This document shows positions 37,162 to 47,561 of a stretch of DNA of 64,000 nt, piece after piece; within the stretch, counting starts at the first letter, position 1; each line of letters opens with the position of its first letter. The translations under genes and the position numbers were made by a program. Source of the DNA: Betaproteobacteria bacterium RIFCSPLOWO2_12_FULL_62_58 (GTDB lineage Bacteria; Pseudomonadota; Gammaproteobacteria; Burkholderiales; SG8-41); contig MERI01000103.1 in NCBI GenBank assembly GCA_001772005.1, positions 18,232 to 82,231 on the forward strand. Reading direction: 5' to 3'. A model generated the notes under the pieces. That model saw nothing but the letters and a program-made list of their open reading frames with translations, made no database searches and was not told the DNA's origin.

Positions 37162-37365
37162 ATGTCAATCAGAGCGATGACACATCAGGAACGGGAGCAA
37201 GGTTACGCCGTGTGCGAGTGCGGGAGGTTTGCGCACATATGGCGCGCGAGCGTTTTGAGGCAGTTACCGCGTGACTATCACGGAGAGCTTTGCCCCGACT
37301 GCAGTCTTTGGATGTGCGCCGTTGAAAAACTGCGGGTAAGTCACAGTACGACTGCTCGCTCATGA
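37162..37365 (+). CDS. Small Cys-rich (Zn-ribbon-like) hypothetical protein
   Basis: CECG..CPDC; ATGA overlap with res; start uncertain. Confidence 0.35.
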   Translation: MSIRAMTHQEREQGYAVCECGRFAHIWRASVLRQLPRDYHGELCPDCSLWMCAVEKLRVSHSTTARS

Positions 37366-40300
37366 GCAACTTCGAAGTCACCGAACCGATCCTCAACTCA
37401 CCGTTTGAGGAGCCGCGCGAGCACTGGTGGATACTCGAGGGCGAGGTGCCCGAGCGTCGGCCGGGGCGGCGCTTCGCGCATTACTTCTACCGCGACCCGC
37501 GGTCGGCGACGAAGGAATCTGCCGAAACCGACGTCGGCACGATGATCGAGCTCAAGGGCGTCACGCGCATACGCGAGCGGCTCGCGGCATGGCGCGCTGC
37601 GGGTTATCCGGGCGCGTCGCGCACGACGCTGGAACTGCTGGCTTACTGGAGCCGCGAGGGGCGCAAACATCCTCTGTTCTTCGCGCAGCGCGAGGCAGCA
37701 GAGACGGTGATCTTTCTGACCGAAGCGCGCGCGGATTTCCGGCAGGGCATCGATATTCCGCGCGACGAGCCTTCCCCGGACAAGAAGGCGGAGGGCTACG
37801 CCGGCTTTCTGCGCTATGCCTGCAAGATGGCGACGGGCTCAGGCAAATCTACCGTCATGGCGATGCTCGCCGCGTGGAGCATCCTGAACAAGCAGGCGGA
37901 CCGCTCCGATGCGCGCTTCTCCGACGTGGTGCTGATCGTTTGCCCGAACGTGACGATCCGCGACCGGCTGCGCGAACTGGACCCGGAGACGGGCGATGCC
38001 AGCGTTTATCGGACGCGCGATCTGCTGCCGGCACACCTGATGCCATTGATCGTGAACGGCAAAGTGTTCGTCACCAACTGGCATGTCTTTGAGCCCCAGA
38101 CGCCGCAGGTGGCCGGCGACAGCGCAAAGGTCATCCGCGCCGGCGTGCCGGAGCGCCGCGTCGAAACCATCATCATCGGCGAGAAGACCACGACCGCGCG
38201 CGGCAAGCGCTATCTCACGCAGTCGGACTTCGAGCGCCAGGTCGCGGCCGGGTTGGTTACGGTCATCGAAGAGGATCGCGACAAGACCGGCAACCTCGTG
38301 AAAGCGCGTGTCGAGTCGGTGCGCTACCTGGAGAGCGACACGGCGCTGGTTGATCGCGTGCTGGGGCGGGAGATCGGCGGCAAGCGGAATCTTCTCGTTC
38401 TGAACGACGAAGCGCACCACGCGTACCGCATACGCCGTGAGGAGCCCGACGAAGACGAAGACGAGGACGAGGATGACGACCTCGATGAGTTCTACCGCGA
38501 GGCGACGGTCTGGATTGACGGGCTGGATAAGGTCCAGAAGCAGCGGGGGATCAACTTTTGCGTCGATTTTTCGGCGACACCGTATTACCTCGGCCGCGTC
38601 GGACAGGAGACGAACCGCCCGTTCCCGTGGGTTGTGAGCGACTTCGGCTTGATCGACGCGATCGAGTCGGGGCTGGTTAAGATACCGCAACTCGCCGTGC
38701 GCGACACGACCGGCTCGTCAATCCCAGGTTACTTCAACATCTGGCAATGGATACTGCCGCAGTTGACGACATCGGAGCGGGGCGGCAAGAAGGCGGCGCC
38801 CAAACCGGAAGCAATTCTCAAGTACGCGCATACACCGATCGCGATGCTCGCCGGCTTGTGGGAGGAGGAGTGGCGCCGCAGGCAATCTGACGATGAGGAC
38901 AAACGCCCGCCCGTTTTCATCATCGTGTGCAAGAACACGCAGGTTGCGCGCGTGCTCTATGAATGGATTGCCGAAGACAAGCCGCCGCAGGGTATCCCAC
39001 ATTCCAAGATCGCATCGTTCAGGAACGCGAACGGCGAGATCAACACGATCCGCGTGGACTCGAAGGTGGTTGCCGAAACCGACACCGGCGAGGCCAAGTC
39101 CGACGAGTCGCGCTGGATGCGTTTCACTCTGGACACGGTGGGCAAGACGGTTTGGCCGACCGACACACTCGGCCGGCCGGTGTATCCGGAGGGCTTCGAG
39201 GCGCTCACGGAGAAGCTCGGCCGCCCCATGTACCCGCCCGGGCGTGACGTGCGCTGCATCGTGAGCGTGGGCATGCTCACCGAGGGCTGGGACTGCAACA
39301 CCGTGATGCATATCGTGGGCCTGCGCCCATTCATGTCACAGCTTCTGTGCGAGCAGGTGGTCGGGCGTGGTCTGCGCCGAACACGTTATGAACTGAACGA
39401 CGACGGGAAATTCTCGGAGGAAACGGCCAAGGTTTTTGGGGTGCCGTTCCAGATTATTCCATTCAAGGCAAATCCCGGCGGCGTGGCCCCGCCTCCGGCG
39501 AAGCGCTGGCATGTGCGCGCATTGCCGGCGAAAGCAATATATGAGATTCGTTTCCCGCGTGTTGAGGGCTATACTCAGGCGATTCGCAATCGTATAGCGG
39601 TCAATTGGGAGAGTATTCCGCGGATCACGGTGAATCCGCAGAAGATTCCTCCTGAAGTCCAACTGGGCAGATTGCTGCCCAGTGCGACTGGACGCCTCTC
39701 AGTCTTGGGGCCCGGCAGATCCGAAGAAGCGACGCTCGACCCTTATCGAGCACAGCGCCGGCTGCAGGAACTGAAATTCGATCTCGCTCAAGCGCTGGTC
39801 CGTGACTGCGTGCAGAGCCGGCGTTGCGAGGTGCCTGCGCATGCACTTTTTCCGCAGCTTCTCGGTGTGGTCGAGCGCTATTTGCGTGAAAAAGTGGTCG
39901 TTCAAGCACCGGCCGATCTGCGCGACGTATTTCTCGCGCCGTACTACACCTGGGTCGTAGAACGACTGACGGATGCAATTGCTCCCGACACCGCTGCAGG
40001 AGAAGCGCCGGAGATGCCGCGATACGAGTCGCGGCGCGGCGCCGGATCGACGGCGGAAGTTGACTTCTGGACTAGTCGCGAGCCGCGGGAAGTCGTACGC
40101 AGCCACGTCAACTTCATGGTTCCTGATACGAAGAAATGGGAGCAGTCGGCAGCATACTTGATCGACACGCATCCCGCGACGCAGGCTTTCGTGAAAAATG
40201 CCGGGCTCGGATTTGCAATTCCCTACGTCCATAACGGCCAGACGCATGAATATATTCCAGATTTCATCATTCGGCTTAAGGGCGATTCGGATCAATACCT

Positions 40301-40469
40301 CATTGCTGAAACCAAGGGCTTTGACGAACTGGAAGAGGTGAAGCGGGAAGCGGCGGAACGGTGGGTGAACGCGGTCAACGTTGAGGGAAGTTTCGGTCGC
40401 TGGCGCTACAGGGTCGCGAAGCAGGTCTCCGACATTTCGCGCCTGATATCTTCCGCCGCCGGGGCTTGA
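37362..40469 (+). CDS. res: Type III-like restriction subunit (SF2 helicase + PD-(D/E)XK nuclease)
   Basis: MATGSGKS, LNDEAHH, FSATP, MLTEGWD, QVVGRGLR, YIPDF..AETKG. Confidence 0.9.
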   Translation: MSNFEVTEPILNSPFEEPREHWWILEGEVPERRPGRRFAHYFYRDPRSATKESAETDVGTMIELKGVTRIRERLAAWRAAGYPGASRTTLELLAYWSREGRKHPLFFAQREAAETVIFLTEARADFRQGIDIPRDEPSPDKKAEGYAGFLRYACKMATGSGKSTVMAMLAAWSILNKQADRSDARFSDVVLIVCPNVTIRDRLRELDPETGDASVYRTRDLLPAHLMPLIVNGKVFVTNWHVFEPQTPQVAGDSAKVIRAGVPERRVETIIIGEKTTTARGKRYLTQSDFERQVAAGLVTVIEEDRDKTGNLVKARVESVRYLESDTALVDRVLGREIGGKRNLLVLNDEAHHAYRIRREEPDEDEDEDEDDDLDEFYREATVWIDGLDKVQKQRGINFCVDFSATPYYLGRVGQETNRPFPWVVSDFGLIDAIESGLVKIPQLAVRDTTGSSIPGYFNIWQWILPQLTTSERGGKKAAPKPEAILKYAHTPIAMLAGLWEEEWRRRQSDDEDKRPPVFIIVCKNTQVARVLYEWIAEDKPPQGIPHSKIASFRNANGEINTIRVDSKVVAETDTGEAKSDESRWMRFTLDTVGKTVWPTDTLGRPVYPEGFEALTEKLGRPMYPPGRDVRCIVSVGMLTEGWDCNTVMHIVGLRPFMSQLLCEQVVGRGLRRTRYELNDDGKFSEETAKVFGVPFQIIPFKANPGGVAPPPAKRWHVRALPAKAIYEIRFPRVEGYTQAIRNRIAVNWESIPRITVNPQKIPPEVQLGRLLPSATGRLSVLGPGRSEEATLDPYRAQRRLQELKFDLAQALVRDCVQSRRCEVPAHALFPQLLGVVERYLREKVVVQAPADLRDVFLAPYYTWVVERLTDAIAPDTAAGEAPEMPRYESRRGAGSTAEVDFWTSREPREVVRSHVNFMVPDTKKWEQSAAYLIDTHPATQAFVKNAGLGFAIPYVHNGQTHEYIPDFIIRLKGDSDQYLIAETKGFDELEEVKREAAERWVNAVNVEGSFGRWRYRVAKQVSDISRLISSAAGA

Positions 40470-41614
40470 TGCTGGGTTTGCCCTACCGGCGTCTTGCCGG
40501 TTTTTATTTTTTCTACTTCGCCTACATTGGCGCGTTCGCGCCGTTTTTCAGCGTCTATCTGAAGGCGGCCGGCATCTCCGCCGTGGAGATCGGCGTGCTG
40601 ATGTCGCTGCCGCAATTGACGCGCATTGTTGCGCCTCATCTGTGGGGCTGGCTTGCCGACCGCAGCGCGAGGCGATTGCGAGTCGTGCGCCTTACCGGTG
40701 CGGCCGGGTTGGCCTGTTTTCTCGGCGTATTCGCCGGCACCGGGTTTGCGCTGCTGTTCGTGGTGCTCTTCACCATGACCTTTTTCTGGAGCGCCGCGCT
40801 GCCGCTTGTCGAAGCGACCACGCTGTCGCACCTGGGTGAGGAGACGGCGCGCTATGGCCGCATCCGTGTATGGGGTTCCGTCGGATTCATCGTGGCGGTG
40901 GTCGCCGTCGGCTACCTGCTGGACTGGTTCGGGGTCGGCGTGCTGCCGTGGGTCGTGCTGGCAATGATGGCGGGCATGCTGGCGTTATGCTGGCAGATTC
41001 CGGAACCGACAACTGCGCCGCACGCTGCGGATCAGCAGCCGATCTGGGGCATCGTGCGCAAACCCGAGGCGTTGGCATTGATTGTCGCGGGCGCGCTGAT
41101 GGCCGCGGCGCACGGGCCCTACTACACGTTCTATTCCATACACGTCATCGATCACGGCTACAGCAAGGCGGTGACCGGGTGGCTGTGGGCGCTGGGCGTG
41201 ATCTGCGAGATCGGCATCTTCATCTGGATGCCGCATCTTTATCGCGCGTTCACGTTGCGGCAGATCCTGATCGGGAGTTTCGCGCTGGCAGTGGTGCGTT
41301 TCCTCGCGATCGGCTGGGGTGTCGACAGCGTGCTCCTGCTGCTTCTGGCGCAGACCTTGCACGCCGCGACATTCGGTTCGTTCCACGCCGCGGCAATCGG
41401 CGTGGTGCACCGGTTATTCCGCGGCCGTCATCAGGCGCGAGGTCAGGCGATCTACGGCAGCCTTTCGTACGGTCTCGGCGGGACGCTCGGCGGTTTCGCG
41501 AGCGGTTATTCATGGGAGCACCTGGGGGCGGCGGCGACGTTCTCGCTCGCGGCGGCGTGCGCGTTTGCCGGCATGCTGATTCTGTGGTGGAAATTGCAGT
41601 TCAACGCGCGTTAA
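40469..41614 (+). CDS. MFS transporter (HcaT/MFS_1-like)
   Basis: About 12 TM segments; FYFFYF, WGWLAD, YGRIRVWGSVGF. Confidence 0.88.
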   Translation: MLGLPYRRLAGFYFFYFAYIGAFAPFFSVYLKAAGISAVEIGVLMSLPQLTRIVAPHLWGWLADRSARRLRVVRLTGAAGLACFLGVFAGTGFALLFVVLFTMTFFWSAALPLVEATTLSHLGEETARYGRIRVWGSVGFIVAVVAVGYLLDWFGVGVLPWVVLAMMAGMLALCWQIPEPTTAPHAADQQPIWGIVRKPEALALIVAGALMAAAHGPYYTFYSIHVIDHGYSKAVTGWLWALGVICEIGIFIWMPHLYRAFTLRQILIGSFALAVVRFLAIGWGVDSVLLLLLAQTLHAATFGSFHAAAIGVVHRLFRGRHQARGQAIYGSLSYGLGGTLGGFASGYSWEHLGAAATFSLAAACAFAGMLILWWKLQFNAR

Positions 41615-41694
41615 GCACGCATCAGTGAAACGCGCCCTGTTCCGGGTGGTCTGAATATGCAACAATCCAAAATTTCCATGAGGTTACGTAAGAG

Positions 41695-43104
41695 ATGACG
41701 GCGCGGACCCTATACGACAAGCTGTGGCAAAGCCATCTTGTTCACGAGGACAAGGACGGCACGGCGCTGGTCTACATCGACCGTCACCTGGTGCACGAGG
41801 TCACGAGTCCGCAGGCCTACGAAGGGCTCAGAGTTGCCAAGCGCAAGCCGTGGCGGGTGGATTCCATCGTCGCCACCGCCGATCACAACACGCCGACCAA
41901 GGATTGGGATCAGGGTATCAAGGAACCGGTCTCGCGGCTTCAGGTCGAGACGTTGGACGCCAACATCAAGGAATACGGCGCCAAAGTCTATTTTCCGTTC
42001 CGTGACAAGCAGCAAGGCATCGTGCACGTGATCGGGCCGGAACAGGGCGCCACACTGCCCGGCATGACGGTGGTGTGCGGTGACTCGCACACCAGCACGC
42101 ACGGCGCGTTCGCAGCGCTCGCGTTCGGCATCGGCACGAGCGAGGTTGAGCACGTGCTTGCGACGCAGTGCATGGTGATGAAGAAGTCGAAAGCGATGCA
42201 GATCGTCGTCGATGGCGTGCTCGGCGCGGGCGTGACGGCCAAGGACATCATCCTTTCGATCATCGGCAACATCGGAAGTGCCGGCGGCACAGGCTATGCG
42301 CTCGAGTTTGCGGGCAGCGCCATTCGCGGCCTGTCGATGGAAGGACGCATGACCGTGTGCAACATGGCGATCGAGGCGGGCGCACGCACCGGGCTGGTCG
42401 CAGCCGACGACAAGACCATCGATTACGTCAAAGGCCGGCCGTTCTCCCCGGCCGGAGCGATGTGGGACAAGGCGGTTGCCTACTGGCGCACGCTTCAGAG
42501 CGACGACGGCGCCAAGTTCGACAGGGTGGTCACGCTTCGCGCTGAGGAAATCAAGCCGCAGGTGACGTGGGGCACGAATCCGCAGATGGTGACGACGGTG
42601 GACGGCAAGGTGCCCGATCCCGCGGAAGAGCAAGACCCCGTGCGGCGCGAGTGGATGGAGCGCGCGCTCAAGTACATGGATCTCAAACCCAATACGCCGA
42701 TTGCCGAAATCCGGCTCGACAAGGTATTCATCGGCGCCTGCACCAATTCGCGCATCGAGGACCTGCGTGCCGCGGCGCAGGTGGTGGTGGGCAAACGCGT
42801 GGCGGGCAACATCAAGCTCGCCATGGTCGTGCCGGGTTCGGGGCTGGTGAAGGCGCAGGCCGAGAAGGAGGGCCTGGACAAGGTGTTTACCGCCGCCGGT
42901 TTTGAATGGCGTGAACCGGGTTGCTCGATGTGCCTCGGCATGAACGAGGACCAGTTGTCGCCGGGCGAGCGTTGTGCCTCGACTTCCAACCGTAATTTCG
43001 AGGGGCGGCAGGGTGCGGGCGGCAGGACGCATCTGGTGAGTCCGGTGATGGCGGCAGCGGCGGCGATCGCGGGGCATTTTGTTGATGTGCGCAATTTCAA
43101 CTGA
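41695..43104 (+). CDS. leuC: 3-isopropylmalate dehydratase large subunit
   Basis: [49 protein letters not shown]. Confidence 0.97.
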   Translation: MTARTLYDKLWQSHLVHEDKDGTALVYIDRHLVHEVTSPQAYEGLRVAKRKPWRVDSIVATADHNTPTKDWDQGIKEPVSRLQVETLDANIKEYGAKVYFPFRDKQQGIVHVIGPEQGATLPGMTVVCGDSHTSTHGAFAALAFGIGTSEVEHVLATQCMVMKKSKAMQIVVDGVLGAGVTAKDIILSIIGNIGSAGGTGYALEFAGSAIRGLSMEGRMTVCNMAIEAGARTGLVAADDKTIDYVKGRPFSPAGAMWDKAVAYWRTLQSDDGAKFDRVVTLRAEEIKPQVTWGTNPQMVTTVDGKVPDPAEEQDPVRREWMERALKYMDLKPNTPIAEIRLDKVFIGACTNSRIEDLRAAAQVVVGKRVAGNIKLAMVVPGSGLVKAQAEKEGLDKVFTAAGFEWREPGCSMCLGMNEDQLSPGERCASTSNRNFEGRQGAGGRTHLVSPVMAAAAAIAGHFVDVRNFN

Positions 43105-43114
43105 CGGAGGCGAT

Positions 43115-43237
43115 ATGAAATTGACTGCGCTCATTGTGGCCTTGTGCGCGCTTGCGCTGGCCGGTTGCAACACCGTCGAAGGCATGGGCAAGGACATCAA
43201 GAAGGCGGGCCAAACGATCGAAAAGGCGGCGAAGTAA
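43115..43237 (+). CDS. Entericidin EcnA/B family lipoprotein (40 aa; absent from the ORF track)
   Basis: GGAGG RBS; [40 protein letters not shown]; TAATG coupling to leuD. Confidence 0.9.
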   Translation: MKLTALIVALCALALAGCNTVEGMGKDIKKAGQTIEKAAK

Positions 43238-43875
43238 TGGAGAAATTTGTACGCAAGGAAGGGCTGGTGGCGCCGCTCGACCGCGCGAATGTCGATACCG
43301 ACTCGGTGATTCCGAAGCAATTCCTGAAGTCGATCCAGCGCACCGGCTTCGGCCCCAACCTCTTCGATGAGTGGCGCTATCTCGACCACGGCGAGCCGGG
43401 GGCAGACAACTCGAAGCGTCCGCTCAATCCCGATTTCGTGCTCAACCAGGAGCGCTACCGCGGCGCGACCGTGCTGCTCACACGCGAGAACTTCGGCTGC
43501 GGCTCGTCGCGCGAGCACGCGCCGTGGGCACTCTTGCAGTATGGTTTCCAGGCGGTCATTGCGCCAAGCTTCGCCGACATCTTTTACAACAACTCGTTCA
43601 AGAATGGTCTGCTGCTGATCAAGCTCGATCCGAAGATCGTCGATCGACTATTCCGCGAAGTGCAAGCCGCGCCAGGCTACCGGCTGGCGGTCGATCTCGA
43701 GGCGCAGACGGTCACCGCGCCAGGCGGTGAAACTTTCAGGTTCGACATCGATCCGTTCCGCAAGCACTGCCTGCTGAACGGGCTGGACGAAATCGGGCTT
43801 ACGCTTGAGCGCGCCGACAAGATCAGGACGTTCGAGGCGAAGCACCGCGGCGAACAGCCATGGCTGTTTAACTAG
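43237..43875 (+). CDS. leuD: 3-isopropylmalate dehydratase small subunit
   Basis: [28 protein letters not shown]. Confidence 0.97.
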   Translation: MEKFVRKEGLVAPLDRANVDTDSVIPKQFLKSIQRTGFGPNLFDEWRYLDHGEPGADNSKRPLNPDFVLNQERYRGATVLLTRENFGCGSSREHAPWALLQYGFQAVIAPSFADIFYNNSFKNGLLLIKLDPKIVDRLFREVQAAPGYRLAVDLEAQTVTAPGGETFRFDIDPFRKHCLLNGLDEIGLTLERADKIRTFEAKHRGEQPWLFN

Positions 43876-43961
43876 GATTGAGGATCAAGGATCGAGGATC
43901 GAGGTGCAAATCTCAGCGCCTTGGCGGTTCCCTCAATCCTGAATCCTCAATCCTCGATCCT
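43875..43961. repeat. Inverted heptamer array (4x GGATYRA / 4x TSRATCC) between leuD and leuB
   Basis: Begins in the leuD stop codon; same unit family as 12721-12890. Confidence 0.9.
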
Positions 43962-43971
43962 GGAATCGAAG

Positions 43972-45036
43972 ATGAAGATCGCAGTGCTGGCCGGCGACGG
44001 CATCGGCCCTGAAATCGTCGGGCAGGCCCTCAAGGTGCTGAAGGCGCTGGCACGGGACGGGCTGAAGATTGAACTCGAGGAAGCGCCTTTCGGCGGCGCG
44101 GGCTTTGATGCGCACGGTGACCCGTTGCCGGAGCCGACTCTGAAGCTGGCGCGCGTGGCCGATGCGGTGCTGTGCGGCGCAGTCGGCGGCCCCAAATATG
44201 ATGTGCTGCCACGCGCAAAGCGCCCTGAGCAAGGAATACTCCGGATCCGCAAAGAGTTGGGGCTCTTCGCGAATCTACGTCCGGCAGTGCTGTATCCGGA
44301 ACTCGTTGGCGCTTCCACGCTCAAGCCCGAAGTGGTGTCGGGGCTGGACCTGATGATCGTGCGCGAACTCACCGGCGATATTTATTTCGGCGAGCCGCGC
44401 GGGCGGCGCAACAATGCGCGGGGCGAGCGCGAGGGCTTCGATACCATGCTTTATTCGGAGCCGGAGATCCGCAGAATCGCCGAGATCGGCTTTCAGGCCG
44501 CGCTGAAACGCGGGAAGAAGCTCTGCTCGGTTGACAAGGAGAACGTGCTCGAAACGAGCCGCCTGTGGCGCGAAGTGGTGAGCGACGTGGCGAAGAAATA
44601 TCCCCAGGTCACGCTTGCCCACATGTACGTGGATAACGCCGCGATGCAGCTCGTGCGCAAACCGAAGCAGTTCGACGTAGTCGTGACCGGCAACATGTTC
44701 GGGGACATCCTTTCCGACGAGGCCTCGATGCTGACGGGCTCGATCGGCATGCTGCCTTCGGCTTCTCTCGATGCGCAGGCCAAGGGCCTCTATGAGCCGA
44801 TTCACGGTTCGGCGCCGGACATCGCCGGCAGGAACGTGGCGAATCCGCTGGCGACGATCCTGTCGTCAGCCATGATGCTGCGTTACACGTTTAATCAGGA
44901 TGAATGGGCGTACCGCATCGAGAGGGCCGTGAAAGACGTCCTGGCCCAAGGCTACCGCACGGCGGACATCCATGAGCCAGGGACCCGCAAGGTCGGCACA
45001 AAAGAAATGGGTGACGCGGTGGTTGCCGCGCTGTGA
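43972..45036 (+). CDS. leuB: 3-isopropylmalate dehydrogenase
   Basis: [42 protein letters not shown]. Confidence 0.97.
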   Translation: MKIAVLAGDGIGPEIVGQALKVLKALARDGLKIELEEAPFGGAGFDAHGDPLPEPTLKLARVADAVLCGAVGGPKYDVLPRAKRPEQGILRIRKELGLFANLRPAVLYPELVGASTLKPEVVSGLDLMIVRELTGDIYFGEPRGRRNNARGEREGFDTMLYSEPEIRRIAEIGFQAALKRGKKLCSVDKENVLETSRLWREVVSDVAKKYPQVTLAHMYVDNAAMQLVRKPKQFDVVVTGNMFGDILSDEASMLTGSIGMLPSASLDAQAKGLYEPIHGSAPDIAGRNVANPLATILSSAMMLRYTFNQDEWAYRIERAVKDVLAQGYRTADIHEPGTRKVGTKEMGDAVVAAL

Positions 45037-45037
45037 G

Positions 45038-45128
45038 GGGTGATGGGTGATGAGTAATGGGTGATGGGCGACGAAACCTGCGAAAAAAGGACCTTATCCC
45101 ATGACCCATCACTCATTACCCATTACCA
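45038..45128. repeat. Inverted heptamer array (GGGTGAT / ATCACCC-like) between leuB and asd
   Basis: 5 units at 45038-45072 and 5 complementary units at 45094-45128. Confidence 0.88.
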
Positions 45129-45174
45129 TTCAGAACCTTGCTAAGATGCAGGTCGTGGAATTGAGGTGGATGTC

Positions 45175-46308
45175 ATGAAGAAGGTGGGTATCATCGGCTG
45201 GCGCGGCATGGTGGGCTCCGTGCTGATGCAGCGCATGCAGGCGGAGCGCGACTTCGACCTCATCGATCCCGTGTTCTTTTCGACTTCCCGGGCCGGAGGC
45301 AAGGGCCCGTCGATCGGCAAGGACACGCCGCTCGTCAAGGACGCGCGCGACGTCGATGCATTGAAAGCGATGGACATGATCGTAACATGCCAGGGCGGCG
45401 ATTACACCAACGAGGTGTATCCGAAGCTGCGTGCCGCCGGATGGAACGGCTACTGGATCGATGCCGCCAGGACGCTGCGCATGAAAGATGACGCGATCAT
45501 CATTCTCGATCCCGTGAACCTGTCGGTCATCAAGGACGCGCTGTCCAAAGGGATCAAGAACTACATTGGCGGCAACTGCACGGTGAGCTGCATGCTGATG
45601 GGCATGCACGGCCTGTTCAGGCACGACCTCGTCGAATGGATGACGTGCATGACCTATCAGGCGGCCTCCGGCGGCGGCGCTCAGCACATGCGCGAGCTGC
45701 TGACCCAGTTCGGGCTGATCAACGCCGAGGTCAGGGAGCTGCTCGCCGATCCGGCTTCGGCCATTCTGGAAATCGACCGCAAGGTGCACGCGATACAGAC
45801 CGACGGCACGTTGCCGATGGAGAACTTTGGCGGTGTGCCGCTTGCGGGCAATCTGATTCCCTGGATCGACAAGGACATGGGCAACGGCATGTCGCTGGAG
45901 GAATGGAAGGGCGGCGCCGAAACCAACAAGATCCTCGGGCGGGGCGAGGCGTTTGGCGCCCCAGCCATGCCGATAGACAGTATTTGTGTGCGCATCGGGG
46001 CCATGCGTTGCCATAGCCAGGCACTGACCATCAAGCTGAAGAAAGATGTGCCGCTCGATGAGCTTACCGACATCATCGCGTCAGCCAACGACTGGGTGCG
46101 CGTGGTCCCGAACGAGCGCGAACATTCGATGCGCGAACTGACCCCGGCCGCCGTGACCGGGCGCATGCACATTCCCGTAGGCCGGCTGCGCAAACTGGCA
46201 ATGGGCGGCACGTATCTGGGGGCATTCACGGTCGGCGACCAGTTGCTGTGGGGCGCTGCCGAGCCGTTGCGCCGCATGTTACGCATTCTGCTTGAAACCA
46301 CCGTGTAG
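45175..46308 (+). CDS. asd: Aspartate-semialdehyde dehydrogenase
   Basis: [39 protein letters not shown]. Confidence 0.97.
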   Translation: MKKVGIIGWRGMVGSVLMQRMQAERDFDLIDPVFFSTSRAGGKGPSIGKDTPLVKDARDVDALKAMDMIVTCQGGDYTNEVYPKLRAAGWNGYWIDAARTLRMKDDAIIILDPVNLSVIKDALSKGIKNYIGGNCTVSCMLMGMHGLFRHDLVEWMTCMTYQAASGGGAQHMRELLTQFGLINAEVRELLADPASAILEIDRKVHAIQTDGTLPMENFGGVPLAGNLIPWIDKDMGNGMSLEEWKGGAETNKILGRGEAFGAPAMPIDSICVRIGAMRCHSQALTIKLKKDVPLDELTDIIASANDWVRVVPNEREHSMRELTPAAVTGRMHIPVGRLRKLAMGGTYLGAFTVGDQLLWGAAEPLRRMLRILLETTV

Positions 46309-46367
46309 CGATGTGGAGTTTGGTGTTATTCTGAACGCTGCTTAACAGGGATGAGAAGGGTGACGTC

Positions 46368-47420
46368 GTGAGCAAACCTATTGACAAGCGATGGCTCTGG
46401 GCGATGTTGTTGATGCTGGCGTCTTCGGTAGCGAGCGCAGTCGGAATGGGTAGGCTGACTGTTCTGTCGTCGCTGGGCCAGCCGCTCAACGCGGAAGTCG
46501 ACCTGGTATCGGTGCAGAAAGAGGAACTCGCCACGCTCTCGGCGCGCCTGGCATCGCCCGATGCATACCGGCAGGCCAATCTTCAGTACGGCGCCGCAGC
46601 GGCGGGCATGCGCTTCAGGATTGAAAAGCGACCCGGCGGCCAGCTCTATATCAAGATCACATCGGTGCGATCGGTTGACGAGCCATTCGTGAATCTGCTG
46701 ATCGAGTTGACTTGGGCGTCCGGGCGCCTCGTGCGGGAGTATACGGCGCTCATCGATCCGCCCGACTATACGCCGCCCCAATCGGTTGCGTCTGCGCCGG
46801 CTCCCGCGCCAGAGACGCGTCCGGTGCCAGTGCCCCAGCCGACGGTCGCGGTGGCCGCGCCCGCATCGGCAAGACCGGCCGCCGGCGGCGAGTATGGACC
46901 GATCAAGCGCGGCGAGACGCTGTCGAAGATCGCCGCCAGCGTGAAGCCGGAAGGTGTTTCCCTGGAGCGGATGCTGGTGGGTATTCTTCGCAGCAATCCC
47001 GATGCTTTTGTGAACAACAACATGAATCGCATGAAAGCCGGCAAGATGCTGCGCATTCCGGACAAGGAACAACTGACCGCAATGCCGCAAGCCGACGCCG
47101 TAAAGGAAGTCCGGGTGCAGGCAGCGGATTGGAAGAGGTATCGCCGGAAACTGGCCGATACGGCCGGCACGGTATCCGAAAGGAAAACCGCAGCGAGCAG
47201 GCGTGACAAGGTGAGCGTAAAAGACAAAACGGCGGATGGGAAACCCGTATTGCGCCTTTCAAGTGGTGAACCCCCGGGCGGCGCGGGCGCGAAGGGGCGC
47301 AGCAAGGCGGACCGTGTCCAGGCGCTGGAAGAAGAACTCATCGCGCGCGAGCGGGCCCTGAAGGAAGCCAACGAGCGGATCAAGGAGCTTGAAAAGGCGG
47401 TCAAGGAGTCCGCCAAATAA
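46368..47420 (+). CDS. Short FimV-like protein (periplasmic N-terminal/LysM region only)
   Basis: Signal peptide, GRLTVLSSLGQPLNAE, GRLVREYT.LIDPP, GETLSKIA, NPDAF; no TM or C-terminal domain. Confidence 0.82.
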   Translation: MSKPIDKRWLWAMLLMLASSVASAVGMGRLTVLSSLGQPLNAEVDLVSVQKEELATLSARLASPDAYRQANLQYGAAAAGMRFRIEKRPGGQLYIKITSVRSVDEPFVNLLIELTWASGRLVREYTALIDPPDYTPPQSVASAPAPAPETRPVPVPQPTVAVAAPASARPAAGGEYGPIKRGETLSKIAASVKPEGVSLERMLVGILRSNPDAFVNNNMNRMKAGKMLRIPDKEQLTAMPQADAVKEVRVQAADWKRYRRKLADTAGTVSERKTAASRRDKVSVKDKTADGKPVLRLSSGEPPGGAGAKGRSKADRVQALEEELIARERALKEANERIKELEKAVKESAK

Positions 47421-47561
47421 CCGGCACCGACTGCTGAAATTTCATTAAAAATAGCAAATTAGCCAGAAACATCAGAGTCAATATTAGCTTGCATCGCTAA
47501 CTGGCTGATGTTATTTTAGTTGTCCGGGTGTTCCCCACAAAATATCCATAGGGGTGGCGTT

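Noticed and set aside
38448-38490. GACGAR repeats in res as a phase-variation tract
   Set aside because: Unit is a multiple of 3 and encodes an acidic linker, so slippage would not switch frame; no SSR tract seen in mod either.
41710-43518. 602-aa minus-strand ORF (similarly 13675-15048, 27936-29231, 54557-55900, 56858-58600)
   Set aside because: Antisense shadows of well-recognised genes, expected from high GC3; no motifs of their own.
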